Below are positions 9,589 through 18,230 of a DNA stretch of 64,000 nt, piece by piece. The notes under the pieces are model-generated. The model was not told the origin of the DNA and made no database searches. It saw only the letters and a list, made by a program, of their open reading frames with translations. The first letter of the stretch is position 1; each line of letters opens with the position of its first letter. Position numbers and translations under genes: made by a program. Origin of the DNA: a virus. The stretch covers positions 1 through 64,000 of IMG/VR virus record IMGVR_UViG_3300014720_000019, one strand, 5' to 3'.

Positions 9589-10965
9589 TTATGACAATTG
9601 GCCTTCAAAGTTAGAGATCTCAGTGTTAAGATCTCTAATAGCCAACATAATGTCATGGTTAGACATGCCAGAAGCTCTCTTAGCAAGAGGAGTCTTTAGC
9701 TCTTCTTTGTACTTCTTAATAGCATCTTTAAAGCCATTAATAGTACGTCTTACTTGAGCCTTCTTATCAGCCTTTACAGACTCAATGTAAGACATAACAG
9801 CTTCTAGCTCTCTCTTAAAGACAGCATAGAACTTCCTAGTAGCTCTTAAAGCCTCTTCATACTTACCAGCGTCATAGAGCGCTTGGCAGTTATCAACTAA
9901 CTGCTTGTAAGTGTTGAAGTGGGCTTTATGATTGCTATTTAAATCACCACCTTCTTGTAAGAATGCTTCCACATCTCTTACAACTTGTTTGGCATTAGCC
10001 AAGTACTTAGCAGTTTCCTGCTTAGCCTTGTTAGCCTTTGCCCTAGCTAGATCTGCTTGCTTCTTAGCCTGCTCAGCTTTATAGAGCTCAACAGCCTTAG
10101 CAGCACGTTCTGCCTTAGCCTTTGCTTCAGCCTCTTCAGCTAGTTTAGCAGCAACAATAGCTGCTTGTTTAGCTGCTTCTGCTTCAGCCTTGGCAGTTGC
10201 CAACATAGTAGTAACGTTACTACTATCAAAGGGAAGTGCTAACTCGTCTAGCACTTCTTGTAACAAGACTGGCTTAGCAGCTTCAAAGCCACTAGCCAAG
10301 TCCCTCTCATAGACTTGAACTTCTTGGTCTGCCCAAGCATTCAAGTCTTGATTTACCTGAGCCTTAATAGACTCAAACTCATCAACAACTACACTAATAG
10401 TTGCTTTGAGTTCTGCTTTATATGACTCATACTGAGCCACATAAGCAGCATGAATCTCACTCTTTCTCTCAAAGATGAGATCAGCAACAGCCCCCTTCTG
10501 TTGCTCATAGAAGGTCTTATACATAGCCTTCTTCAAAGCATCTTTCAATGCCTTATTACTATCATCAACAACAGTATTAATGATAGGATCTACAGCCTTG
10601 TTAGGCTTAGGAGCAAACTGGTCAGCTTTGGTGCCAGTATTGCCCTTAACAACAGGCTTAGTGTTAACAGAAGGAGCGACCTTCTTTGCAGCTCTAGGCT
10701 TTTGTACAAACTTTTGGGCATTATCCCAAGTTGGTTCCACCAAGTCTGTAGGGATTAAACCTACAAAGACTAAAAGTGCAATCTTCTTAGCTTGAACAGC
10801 CTTGAAGACTGACTTAGCCTTCTTAGCTTTAGCAGACTTGTTAGCAGTCTTAGCTGCTTGTTTAGCAGCTTTAGCAAGACGTGCAGCATTGGCCTTAGCC
10901 TTTTCTGCTTCAGACATACGATTTCCAACTTGACCAGCCTTCTTAATTTTAGCCATGATACTCAA
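9589..10965 (-). CDS. Ala/Lys-rich coiled-coil protein with histone-H1-like basic N-terminus
   Basis: 458 aa; real start probably ATG at 10956 (MAKIKK). Confidence 0.85.
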   Translation of the reverse strand: MSIMAKIKKAGQVGNRMSEAEKAKANAARLAKAAKQAAKTANKSAKAKKAKSVFKAVQAKKIALLVFVGLIPTDLVEPTWDNAQKFVQKPRAAKKVAPSVNTKPVVKGNTGTKADQFAPKPNKAVDPIINTVVDDSNKALKDALKKAMYKTFYEQQKGAVADLIFERKSEIHAAYVAQYESYKAELKATISVVVDEFESIKAQVNQDLNAWADQEVQVYERDLASGFEAAKPVLLQEVLDELALPFDSSNVTTMLATAKAEAEAAKQAAIVAAKLAEEAEAKAKAERAAKAVELYKAEQAKKQADLARAKANKAKQETAKYLANAKQVVRDVEAFLQEGGDLNSNHKAHFNTYKQLVDNCQALYDAGKYEEALRATRKFYAVFKRELEAVMSYIESVKADKKAQVRRTINGFKDAIKKYKEELKTPLAKRASGMSNHDIMLAIRDLNTEISNFEGQLS

Positions 10966-10967
10966 AT

Positions 10968-11030
10968 ACCCCTGTATTATATAAGTGAGTTGTTAGGGGT
11001 CTCCTAAATAAAAGGGCCAGACAAGACCCT
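10968..11030 (-). promoter_or_regulatory. Early-cluster double-hairpin element
   Basis: Minus: GGCCCTTTTATTTAGGAG ACCCCT AACAACTCACTTATATAATAC AGGGGT. Confidence 0.75.
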
Positions 11031-11555
11031 TCTAAGTAGTTATTATTTATACTAGTTGTAACATCTCCAGCTATATTATTCAATTTGTATGTGGTAAACA
11101 ACATCTTATAAACTTAACTATAAGAATGTGCAGTCTCGCAGCACACATGGTTATTGTTATTGATGATATAAGGATCAACAGCCACAGATTCAAAGTAGGT
11201 ATAACCCACATTACCTTTAAGGAAAAAGCAATATAACCCCTCTAATTGTTCTCTTCTTGAGGATGAAGGAGAGCCACATTATTGCCCTGTCATCTACTTG
11301 TGTTGGGTCTATCAGTCTCTTAGATGCATTGCACTGATCTGTCACACCATACACACTAAAAGGGCCTGCTAGTTAATAGCAAGTAGTAGATGCAATAAGA
11401 GGTAACTCTCATTGTTGTAGTATTCAGTCTTCTTTATACTCATATATAGTCCTACTAGCTTCTACCAGTAACAAGCGGTTAACCTGTTAAAGTACTAATG
11501 TAGATAGCATCCATATATGGGTCCTGCCTATTATCATGTGCAGTTTATATCTTGT

Positions 11556-11590
11556 TAATAAAAAGGGCCATAGGATAGGCCCTTTTTATA
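11556..11590 (-). terminator. GGGCC/GGCCC hairpin with T-tracts (element copy)
   Basis: taataaaaagggccataggataggccctttttata right after stop at 11595. Confidence 0.75.
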
Positions 11591-11594
11591 TTAT

Positions 11595-12011
11595 TTAATC
11601 ATAGTCAGAGTAATCAAACTCCTCCTCTTCTTCTTCCTCAACCAAAGGAGGTGGTGAGATTTTCCATTTATTAGAGTCCTTATAAATAGACTCCATACCC
11701 AGAAGAGCCGCCCAATCTTTTCTCCTATCAGTATAGTGATCCTTTGAAAAGATATCACACTGAACAGAGAATCCAAGATTAAGTATATCTTGGATAATAC
11801 CTCTAGTTGCTCTAAAAGCAGAGAGGATAGTACTCTTGCTTGGACTGGTAGAGTCATCTTTATAATAACTCTCTTTATACTTGACACTGAGAGTCATTGT
11901 ACCCTCATTTACAATATAAACATGAAGATCTTCATGCTTATATACAGTATATACAGCTTTATAATCAAAGCTGTAAGAATTTAAAGCAGAAAGGAATTCT
12001 TGATAAGACAT
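11595..12011 (-). CDS. Hypothetical protein with acidic C-terminal tail
   Basis: 138 aa ending EEEEEEEFDYSDYD. Confidence 0.85.
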   Translation of the reverse strand: MSYQEFLSALNSYSFDYKAVYTVYKHEDLHVYIVNEGTMTLSVKYKESYYKDDSTSPSKSTILSAFRATRGIIQDILNLGFSVQCDIFSKDHYTDRRKDWAALLGMESIYKDSNKWKISPPPLVEEEEEEEFDYSDYD

Positions 12012-12023
12012 AGTTATTTACCT

Positions 12024-12062
12024 AGCACTTGTGAATTTAATTTTGTGCCAAATAAAAGGGCC
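12024..12062 (-). promoter_or_regulatory. Early-cluster element
   Basis: Minus: GGCCCTTTTATTT GGCAC AAAATTAAATTCACAA GTGCT. Confidence 0.65.
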
Positions 12063-12168
12063 TGTCATGCCATAAAATTGTTTTAAATAAATAAACATAG
12101 GGATAGGGAGCAAAGATCTCCCTTAGATGTAAGCGGGCCCCCAGCTCTACAAATGGTGATAAATCTAC

Positions 12169-12194
12169 TAAATAAAAGGGCCATTACTGACCCT
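12169..12194 (-). promoter_or_regulatory. Early-cluster element copy not followed by an ORF
   Basis: Plus taaataaaagggccattactgaccc. Confidence 0.6.
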
Positions 12195-12287
12195 ATATAT
12201 TTAAACTTCTATATCTCTTACTGGCTAGTTCATCCAGTGACTTCTATATTTTAATTGGCTCATCCATCCAATAACAAAGCAAAAGAA

Positions 12288-12764
12288 CTACTTAATCTTC
12301 TTGTTAGCAAGAAGTCTAGCAATTCTCTCCTTAGCAGCTTTTGCAGCCAGGTGAGAAGATAGTGCAGCATCAAGATGAGACTGTTTAGTAGCAGCCACTT
12401 GATCTGCAAGAAGACCTTCTGCTTCCATAGTAGAAACAAGAGACTCAATTGCTTGAGCCTTTTGCTCTACAAGATTAGCAGCATATGCTGCGTCTTGTGC
12501 CATGAAAGCAAAGGTTTGCACCTCAGCTTTAGCAGAGTTGTACTGGTGATTGACAACAGCCTCTGTTTCCAAAAGCTCCTGATACTCATCAGACAAACCA
12601 GCATCTTCTAACAACTGATCCTCTGCATCAGCACGTTGAGCCAATAAAGCAGATCTAGCTTCTTTAGCCTCTTGTTCTGCTTTAACCTTAGCCGCCTTTT
12701 GAGCAGCTTCAGTTTGAACAGATTGAGCAGAGATGGAAGCCAAGTATTCAGTAAATAGAGACAT
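12288..12764 (-). CDS. Ala-rich coiled-coil protein
   Basis: 158-aa ORF, AAGGA upstream. Confidence 0.85.
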   Translation of the reverse strand: MSLFTEYLASISAQSVQTEAAQKAAKVKAEQEAKEARSALLAQRADAEDQLLEDAGLSDEYQELLETEAVVNHQYNSAKAEVQTFAFMAQDAAYAANLVEQKAQAIESLVSTMEAEGLLADQVAATKQSHLDAALSSHLAAKAAKERIARLLANKKIK

Positions 12765-12778
12765 GATAGTTTCCTTAA

Positions 12779-12834
12779 CCTAGAACTAATTAGTGAGTTA
12801 TCTAGGATAAGTAAAAGGGCCAAATTAATGACCC
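12779..12834 (-). promoter_or_regulatory. Early-cluster double-hairpin element
   Basis: Minus: GGCCCTTTTACTTAT CCTAGA TAACTCACTAATTAGT TCTAGG. Confidence 0.75.
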
Positions 12835-12850
12835 AATTACTTAAAGAAGA

Positions 12851-13195
12851 TTAAGGATTATTCTTCTTGTTTTTTGCTTGTCTAGCAAGTCTTACAGCAG
12901 CAACAGCAGCTTTAGGATCTGCCATCATGCTGTTAAACACAGCAAAGTTCTTATCTGCTTCCTCAGCAAGATCCTCTGCATCAGCAAGATCTTCAGCAAT
13001 CTTAATTGCCATAGATGTTGCATCAAAAGCAGCAGCTTCAGAGTTAAGCTGTTTAATCAAAGCAACCTTTTTAGCTACTTCTTTCATACGCTCAACTTCT
13101 GAAGCTCTAGCCTTAGCTTCAGCCAACAATTGATCCTCATAAGAGACCTCAACTGTTGCTTTAGCTGCTGGGAACAACCAACTAAACCAAGACAT
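12851..13195 (-). CDS. Ala-rich coiled-coil protein with aromatic amphipathic N-terminus (MSWFSWLF)
   Basis: 114-aa ORF, AAGGA upstream. Confidence 0.85.
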   Translation of the reverse strand: MSWFSWLFPAAKATVEVSYEDQLLAEAKARASEVERMKEVAKKVALIKQLNSEAAAFDATSMAIKIAEDLADAEDLAEEADKNFAVFNSMMADPKAAVAAVRLARQAKNKKNNP

Positions 13196-13208
13196 AGATT
13201 ATCCTTTC

Positions 13209-13262
13209 CCTAGTACTGAATGACTTATACCTAGGATAAATAAAAGGGCCAATAAAGGCCCT
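13209..13262 (-). promoter_or_regulatory. Early-cluster double-hairpin element
   Basis: Minus: GGCCCTTTTATTTAT CCTAG GTATAAGTCATTCAGTA CTAGG. Confidence 0.7.
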
Positions 13263-13268
13263 AATTAT

Positions 13269-13592
13269 TTAGTTAATATACTTCTTGTAAGGAGGTGGAT
13301 AACCCTCATTATAAGAATTGAAGACATCATTAAGTATATTAATATACTTAATATCAACAGAGTCAAAGTCTTGCTTAACTCTAATCATAATCTCTGAACG
13401 TAGCTCCATAAGAAGCACATAGAGATCATAAACTTGAGAGCTATTACAAGTCTTTCTACAGTAGTAATCCAACTGTACATCTGCCACTGCTACAGAGTGA
13501 TAGTTAAGTTGTCTAGCAACATATCTAAGTAGCTTGCTAGAATTAGCACACCACTCAGACATCTTTCTAGAACTCATATCAATAATAGCCAT
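13269..13592 (-). CDS. Hypothetical protein
   Basis: 107-aa ORF, AAGGA upstream. Confidence 0.8.
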   Translation of the reverse strand: MAIIDMSSRKMSEWCANSSKLLRYVARQLNYHSVAVADVQLDYYCRKTCNSSQVYDLYVLLMELRSEIMIRVKQDFDSVDIKYINILNDVFNSYNEGYPPPYKKYIN

Positions 13593-13607
13593 GATATTTT
13601 CCTTTTA

Positions 13608-13666
13608 CTACAGGCATAAAGGCATCCTATAGCTAAATAAAAGGGCCCAACTTAATGAGCCCTTTA
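13608..13666 (-). promoter_or_regulatory. Early-cluster double-hairpin element
   Basis: Minus: GGGCCCTTTTATTTAG CTATAGG ATGCCTTTATG CCTGTAG. Confidence 0.7.
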
Positions 13667-13668
13667 TA

Positions 13669-14085
13669 TTAGATTAGAGAGATAGGATCACCATCTGTAT
13701 CTCCTAAATTGGAATAGGTATCTCTATACCAATCATAAAGAAGATCTTGATAGGATTCTGGGTCAATATCCTGTAAATCCTCTTCAGAGAGACCAAGATC
13801 AGGATGTCCATTGATAGATATATATCTATCAATGAATAGATCAATAGAAGACTTTTTAAACTCTACATTAGAGTAGAGTCCTGCATCTAAAACATAATCC
13901 CAAATGCAGTTAACCTCAGAAGAAGCACCTACAAAGCAATAGTCCTTGTGGATCTCAAGACCCAACATAAAGAATATATCTTCATCATAAACATATCCTT
14001 CATGATAGCTACCATCAACAACAAACATGCTGTTGTCAATAGCAAAAGAAGTATTGTAAGAAACAACAACTGTATTAGAAGACAT
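13669..14085 (-). CDS. Highly acidic hypothetical protein
   Basis: 138 aa, Asp/Glu/Tyr-rich. Confidence 0.85.
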   Translation of the reverse strand: MSSNTVVVSYNTSFAIDNSMFVVDGSYHEGYVYDEDIFFMLGLEIHKDYCFVGASSEVNCIWDYVLDAGLYSNVEFKKSSIDLFIDRYISINGHPDLGLSEEDLQDIDPESYQDLLYDWYRDTYSNLGDTDGDPISLI

Positions 14086-14096
14086 AACATTTACCT

Positions 14097-14148
14097 AGCC
14101 TGTATAAAGTAATTTAGGCCAAATAAAAGGGCCTATTACTAAGCCCCT
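14097..14148 (-). promoter_or_regulatory. Early-cluster double-hairpin element
   Basis: Minus: GGCCCTTTTATTT GGCCT AAATTACTTTATAC AGGCT. Confidence 0.7.
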
Positions 14149-14159
14149 AACAATATCAA

Positions 14160-14336
14160 TTACTTCTTCAATATATTCAAATAAAACCTTGCTTGACTAC
14201 CAGTTAAACCTTTATCATTCTTATGCTTATTAGCATATTGGTTAGTAGTCATACCTGCTCTTTTAGCCTTTGCAGACAAGGCACCAGGTCTTTTAATAGC
14301 CTTGTCAACATCCAATTTATTATTATCTTTAGCCAT
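14160..14336 (-). CDS. Small basic protein (58 aa)
   Basis: Not in ORF track: MAKDNNKLDVDKAIKRPGALSAKAKRAGMTTNQYANKHKNDKGLTGSQARFYLNILKK; flanked by element copies. Confidence 0.75.
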   Translation of the reverse strand: MAKDNNKLDVDKAIKRPGALSAKAKRAGMTTNQYANKHKNDKGLTGSQARFYLNILKK

Positions 14337-14382
14337 AGTATTACTGTATAAACATAGACAATATATACAGTAATATATGAGT

Positions 14383-14412
14383 TAATAAAAGGGCCAATTA
14401 AGACCCTTTTAT
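14383..14412 (-). terminator. GGGCC hairpin/T-tract (element copy)
   Basis: taataaaagggccaattaagacccttttat. Confidence 0.7.
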
Positions 14413-14423
14413 ATTAGAGATGA

Positions 14424-15062
14424 CTAGTCTCTTGGATAGTTTAATATCCAATCTTTGAAGAGCCGCCACTCTTCTTTATCTTTAGCAATCCAAAGGTCTA
14501 TACCTTCATCATGCTCATCATATTGTTCTAACGCACTAAAGCCAGTATCAACTAGTCTAATAGTGCATCCAACACCACTATCATGTCTTACCAACATGAT
14601 GTTATTGAATAACACATCATCAGACATGTTATTCTTCTTGACCATAGACGGCCTTCTAATGTCACCATGAGCCCAGCCACTAGCCCATAGTTCTTCTAGT
14701 TGAGACTCAGCCACATCAATAGCAGCTTCAATCTCATTCCTACTGAAGGCAGTAGGAAGACATGGATATAGTCTCTCCATAGCAATAATATATCCCACCT
14801 CCTCAATGTGGAAGTGATCCACATACTTCACTACTAAAGAATTAATCTTGTTAGCCCATTGCATAGCTAACAACTCTGCTGGGACAAAGCCATCCTTGTT
14901 AGTTTCCCAGCAAACTAACAATTCATTATCAAAGTCATCTTGTGACAGAGACTTAATAACAGTATGCTCACTAAGAGCATACACGGACCCAGTAAAGCCA
15001 CTGGACAGTAATTGAGCCTCTGGAAACTCAGAAGCAATAACAGTCTTAATAGAAATACCCAT
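14424..15062 (-). CDS. Ser/Thr protein kinase-like protein (minimal PKL fold)
   Basis: SGFTGSVY loop, VIK lysine, MERL hinge, HGDI...NIML catalytic loop, LVDTG. Confidence 0.85.
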   Translation of the reverse strand: MGISIKTVIASEFPEAQLLSSGFTGSVYALSEHTVIKSLSQDDFDNELLVCWETNKDGFVPAELLAMQWANKINSLVVKYVDHFHIEEVGYIIAMERLYPCLPTAFSRNEIEAAIDVAESQLEELWASGWAHGDIRRPSMVKKNNMSDDVLFNNIMLVRHDSGVGCTIRLVDTGFSALEQYDEHDEGIDLWIAKDKEEWRLFKDWILNYPRD

Positions 15063-15073
15063 GATATTAATAC

Positions 15074-15150
15074 TGCTGCATTGGTAATATATAGTGAGTT
15101 ATATGCAGCACATCTCCTAATAAAAAGGGCCTATTACAGCCCTTTTATTA
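15074..15150 (-). promoter_or_regulatory. Early-cluster double-hairpin element
   Basis: Minus: GGCCCTTTTTATTAGGAGATG TGCTGCAT ATAACTCACTATATATTACCA ATGCAGCA. Confidence 0.75.
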
Positions 15151-16026
15151 TTAGTTAATAAGATTATCCTCATCATCAACTAACACTAAACTATCTGGAT
15201 CTCCATACCAAATAGCAGGTTCCTCATTTTCATCAAGGAACTCAAGACAGCATTCAACTGCCTTTTGATAATAACCAGGTACAGACCTAGTTACTTCCCA
15301 CTGCTTAAGAAAGGAGGAGTATGTCAGAGGAAGATCCTCTTTATCAGAGGTAAAGATACCTCTGATATCATAGAAGGCAGTAGTACCTTCTGGTAAGAAA
15401 AGATCAGGTGGTCCCTCCCAATGTATTCTTACATCATCCAATTCACGAAAGAGATAACTGCCTAATACACTGGCAGTCCACCCATCAATTCTACCAGCAT
15501 TAAAGAGCCTATGAACTAAGCTCTCAAACTGATTTATCATCTCCTGAGAGTAGTTATACCTACCCTCGTTAGAGTGAGTGACCCTTCTAAAGAGTCTTAA
15601 CAAACTAGGTGGAATAATAGGTTCATTACCTCCCTCCCACCTAGTTCTTGTATAAGGTAGACCAGTATGAAGATATAGAATACCTTCATCTTGGTCTTCA
15701 TCTTGGGTGTCCTGACCCCAAGAACCAGTGAGATATATTTCAATCTCATTGGTCTCTTTGTATACCCTCCACTGAGTGTACTGATCAGGATGATACCCAA
15801 GTGCCAATCTTGGTTCATCCTTATACTCATCAGGAGTCTTACATCCTTCAAGCCATGTAGCTTGAGAGAACAGCTCCTGTGGCCAGTTGCACATGTGAGA
15901 ACACAATAGAGTGCCCTCCTCACCTGTCTCCTTGTCTCTTACCAAGACAAGGTTGTTAAATACATCTTCTGATGTATTAACATCAGAAGAAAGAATAACA
16001 AAGCGGCGAGTAGTAGAATTAGACAT
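15151..16026 (-). CDS. Hypothetical acidic protein, first gene of the minus-strand cluster
   Basis: 291-aa ORF. Confidence 0.85.
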   Translation of the reverse strand: MSNSTTRRFVILSSDVNTSEDVFNNLVLVRDKETGEEGTLLCSHMCNWPQELFSQATWLEGCKTPDEYKDEPRLALGYHPDQYTQWRVYKETNEIEIYLTGSWGQDTQDEDQDEGILYLHTGLPYTRTRWEGGNEPIIPPSLLRLFRRVTHSNEGRYNYSQEMINQFESLVHRLFNAGRIDGWTASVLGSYLFRELDDVRIHWEGPPDLFLPEGTTAFYDIRGIFTSDKEDLPLTYSSFLKQWEVTRSVPGYYQKAVECCLEFLDENEEPAIWYGDPDSLVLVDDEDNLIN

Positions 16027-16035
16027 GACATTAAC

Positions 16036-16085
16036 ACAGGATTATATAAAGTGAGTTTTATCCTGTTCTCCTAATAAAAAGGGCC
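16036..16085 (-). promoter_or_regulatory. Early-cluster element heading the cluster
   Basis: Minus: GGCCCTTTTTATTAGGAGA ACAGGAT AAAACTCACTTTATATA ATCCTGT; no adjacent upstream minus-strand gene to terminate. Confidence 0.75.
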
Positions 16086-16414
16086 AATAAGCATAGCCAC
16101 AACATATAATAGTGTTAATTGTAAAAACAATTTGCACACAGGGTAGGGGGGTATACACTGCTACTATATAACCCTCACAAACCCGCAACTGTACCTTCAA
16201 AAACAAAGCTTTTCACATTTAATTAAGTATTTAATAATCATCTACATGTACATTCAAAACTAAAGCTTCTTCATATAATATTTAGTATTAATATTAGTAT
16301 TAATTATTTAATATTATTGCAATCACTATTATTGTTTGATATAATAAATACCAACCAATACTATATTTATTATTACTACTAACCCTATACAATAACTAAC
16401 TACTTATATTAACT

Positions 16415-17584
16415 GTGAAGATAAACGCCACACTCTACTTACACAATAGTTCACTAGCCCGTCTATATTATTCCATTAGAAGCATGGATAAGAGAGGGGC
16501 GGGTTGGATTATGTGTAAGCTAGATAAGCTAGTTAAAGTTAGTGGTCTCTCTACAACAAGTGTATATAGAGTATTAACACAGTTACAAGATAACAAGTGG
16601 TTGTATTCTTATGAGTTAAAGGGCAACAATAGTAATAACAAAGGCTATGTTTATATTAAGTATGTGTCTGATAGAAACATAGTTAAAGATAAGATAAACA
16701 CTAACAACTCTTTATATATTGTGGCCCCTCTTAAACTACTTAGAGACAAGAAAGCTATAAAGGCTAGATGTTACTTAGGTGAGATGAATAGGGCCCAGTC
16801 TATAGTAGAGAGCAAGCTATCATATAGCATTGGCAAGAGAAAGATAAGTGGTGAGCTACTCTCCTTATCAACTATTAAGAAGGAGAACAAACAACTAGTT
16901 AAAGGTAGAGCTAACAAGGGTAAAGTTACCCCTCTGGATAGACCTAGTTATGACATTGTTTACCCTTCTAACAATAGTAATAACAGCAGTGATATAAACC
17001 CTGTTTTATCTAATACAACTAGTACTAAACAACAACATATAAGCTACGCAATTAAAGGTCAGCGTGGTGTGAAGATTGTTAATAGTACTAAGTATAAGGT
17101 AGCAGCAATAACATCACAAACACTAGCTAAAAAGCTTTGTGTAAACAGAAGAACAGTTGACAAGTACTTACAACAGTTTAAAGCTAATAGAGTTAAGTTA
17201 TACAAGAGGGTCTCCCTATTAGAAGCCACAACAGAGGCACCTTATGTGTTGTGGGACATAGATGAAGATAGAGGCATATGTGATGCATATAGACCTCTAC
17301 CTTTTATCTATACAAAGAATGTTCTTCACACACATCAAAGAGACTTGATCAAAAGGCCTCTTATCTCATACTTAAATGATGACCAATTAGAAGTGGCAAA
17401 ACTATGTGCCATTACTAAGGGTTACTCATATGACAATGAGGGTGCTGAAACCTATTTAAAGAAGACAGGGTTATCCCGCTTTAGAAGAAATACAAACTCT
17501 ATTAGTGATAAACCTCTTAAGTACAATCCCCATTACTTATATAAAGGTCAACTAACAACAGAGCCAGAGGATGTATATTTCTAA
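16415..17584 (+). CDS. Basic DNA-binding protein with two helix-turn-helix motifs
   Basis: LDKLVKVSGLSTTSVYRVLTQL and SQTLAKKLCVNRRTVDKYL. Confidence 0.65.
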   Translation: MKINATLYLHNSSLARLYYSIRSMDKRGAGWIMCKLDKLVKVSGLSTTSVYRVLTQLQDNKWLYSYELKGNNSNNKGYVYIKYVSDRNIVKDKINTNNSLYIVAPLKLLRDKKAIKARCYLGEMNRAQSIVESKLSYSIGKRKISGELLSLSTIKKENKQLVKGRANKGKVTPLDRPSYDIVYPSNNSNNSSDINPVLSNTTSTKQQHISYAIKGQRGVKIVNSTKYKVAAITSQTLAKKLCVNRRTVDKYLQQFKANRVKLYKRVSLLEATTEAPYVLWDIDEDRGICDAYRPLPFIYTKNVLHTHQRDLIKRPLISYLNDDQLEVAKLCAITKGYSYDNEGAETYLKKTGLSRFRRNTNSISDKPLKYNPHYLYKGQLTTEPEDVYF

Positions 17585-17694
17585 TAACAAGTGTTTTATT
17601 AATATAAAGGATTGACCTTTATATGGCACTAAAATAAGAAAGTAGTAATTACAGCTTTAAGCCTAAACAAACTAAATAATACTTCTAACAACAA

Positions 17695-17745
17695 CAACAA
17701 CTTGTACTGTGTAAACACCCTATAAAACACAGTACAAGTTGTTGT
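17695..17745. other. Long perfect inverted repeat (hairpin)
   Basis: aacaacttgtactgtg ... cacagtacaagttgtt. Confidence 0.8.
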
Positions 17746-17810
17746 TTATTTTATTATTAGTGATACTATATAACTATACTAATAACAAGTAACTAACAAT
17801 AACTATAACT

Positions 17811-18230
17811 ATGGGTAAATTTTATGAGTTAACAGAGGCTAAGTTAGCAGAAGATAAAGAGTTACTAAACAGTAATAAACACGCTGATATACTAAGACAA
17901 GAGATATTATCAGATGATGAATTAGACAACTGTACTAATGATGACACTGCTAACAATCTAGCTAAAGTATTTGATGATATAAACAAGTATACAAAGTACT
18001 ACATACCCACATCATACAGTGGTAACAATAAACTATACAATGACTATGTAAGAAAGTTTCTTACTAGGCGCGCCCAACAAATATTCAATTCACCCAAGGT
18101 ACTAATATATGCTCAAGTTCCTCAGAAACTTCAAGGAGTTATGTTTGCTTTTAGCCCAAGTAAATATAGAAAGGCAATCAAAAGTCTTTTTAGTAGAGTC
18201 ACCTCATTTGATATTGACTCTCAACCCTAA
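17811..18230 (+). CDS. Hypothetical protein
   Basis: 139-aa ORF. Confidence 0.75.
   Translation: MGKFYELTEAKLAEDKELLNSNKHADILRQEILSDDELDNCTNDDTANNLAKVFDDINKYTKYYIPTSYSGNNKLYNDYVRKFLTRRAQQIFNSPKVLIYAQVPQKLQGVMFAFSPSKYRKAIKSLFSRVTSFDIDSQP

Noticed and set aside
2391-13133. Many plus-strand ORFs of 60-240 aa in the ORF track
   Set aside because: Antisense shadows of strongly biased minus-strand genes; no RBS or recognisable motifs
934-16085. Repeated GGCCCTTTTATT motif as a CRISPR array
   Set aside because: Copies are short, irregularly spaced and mostly separated by whole genes; no cas genes
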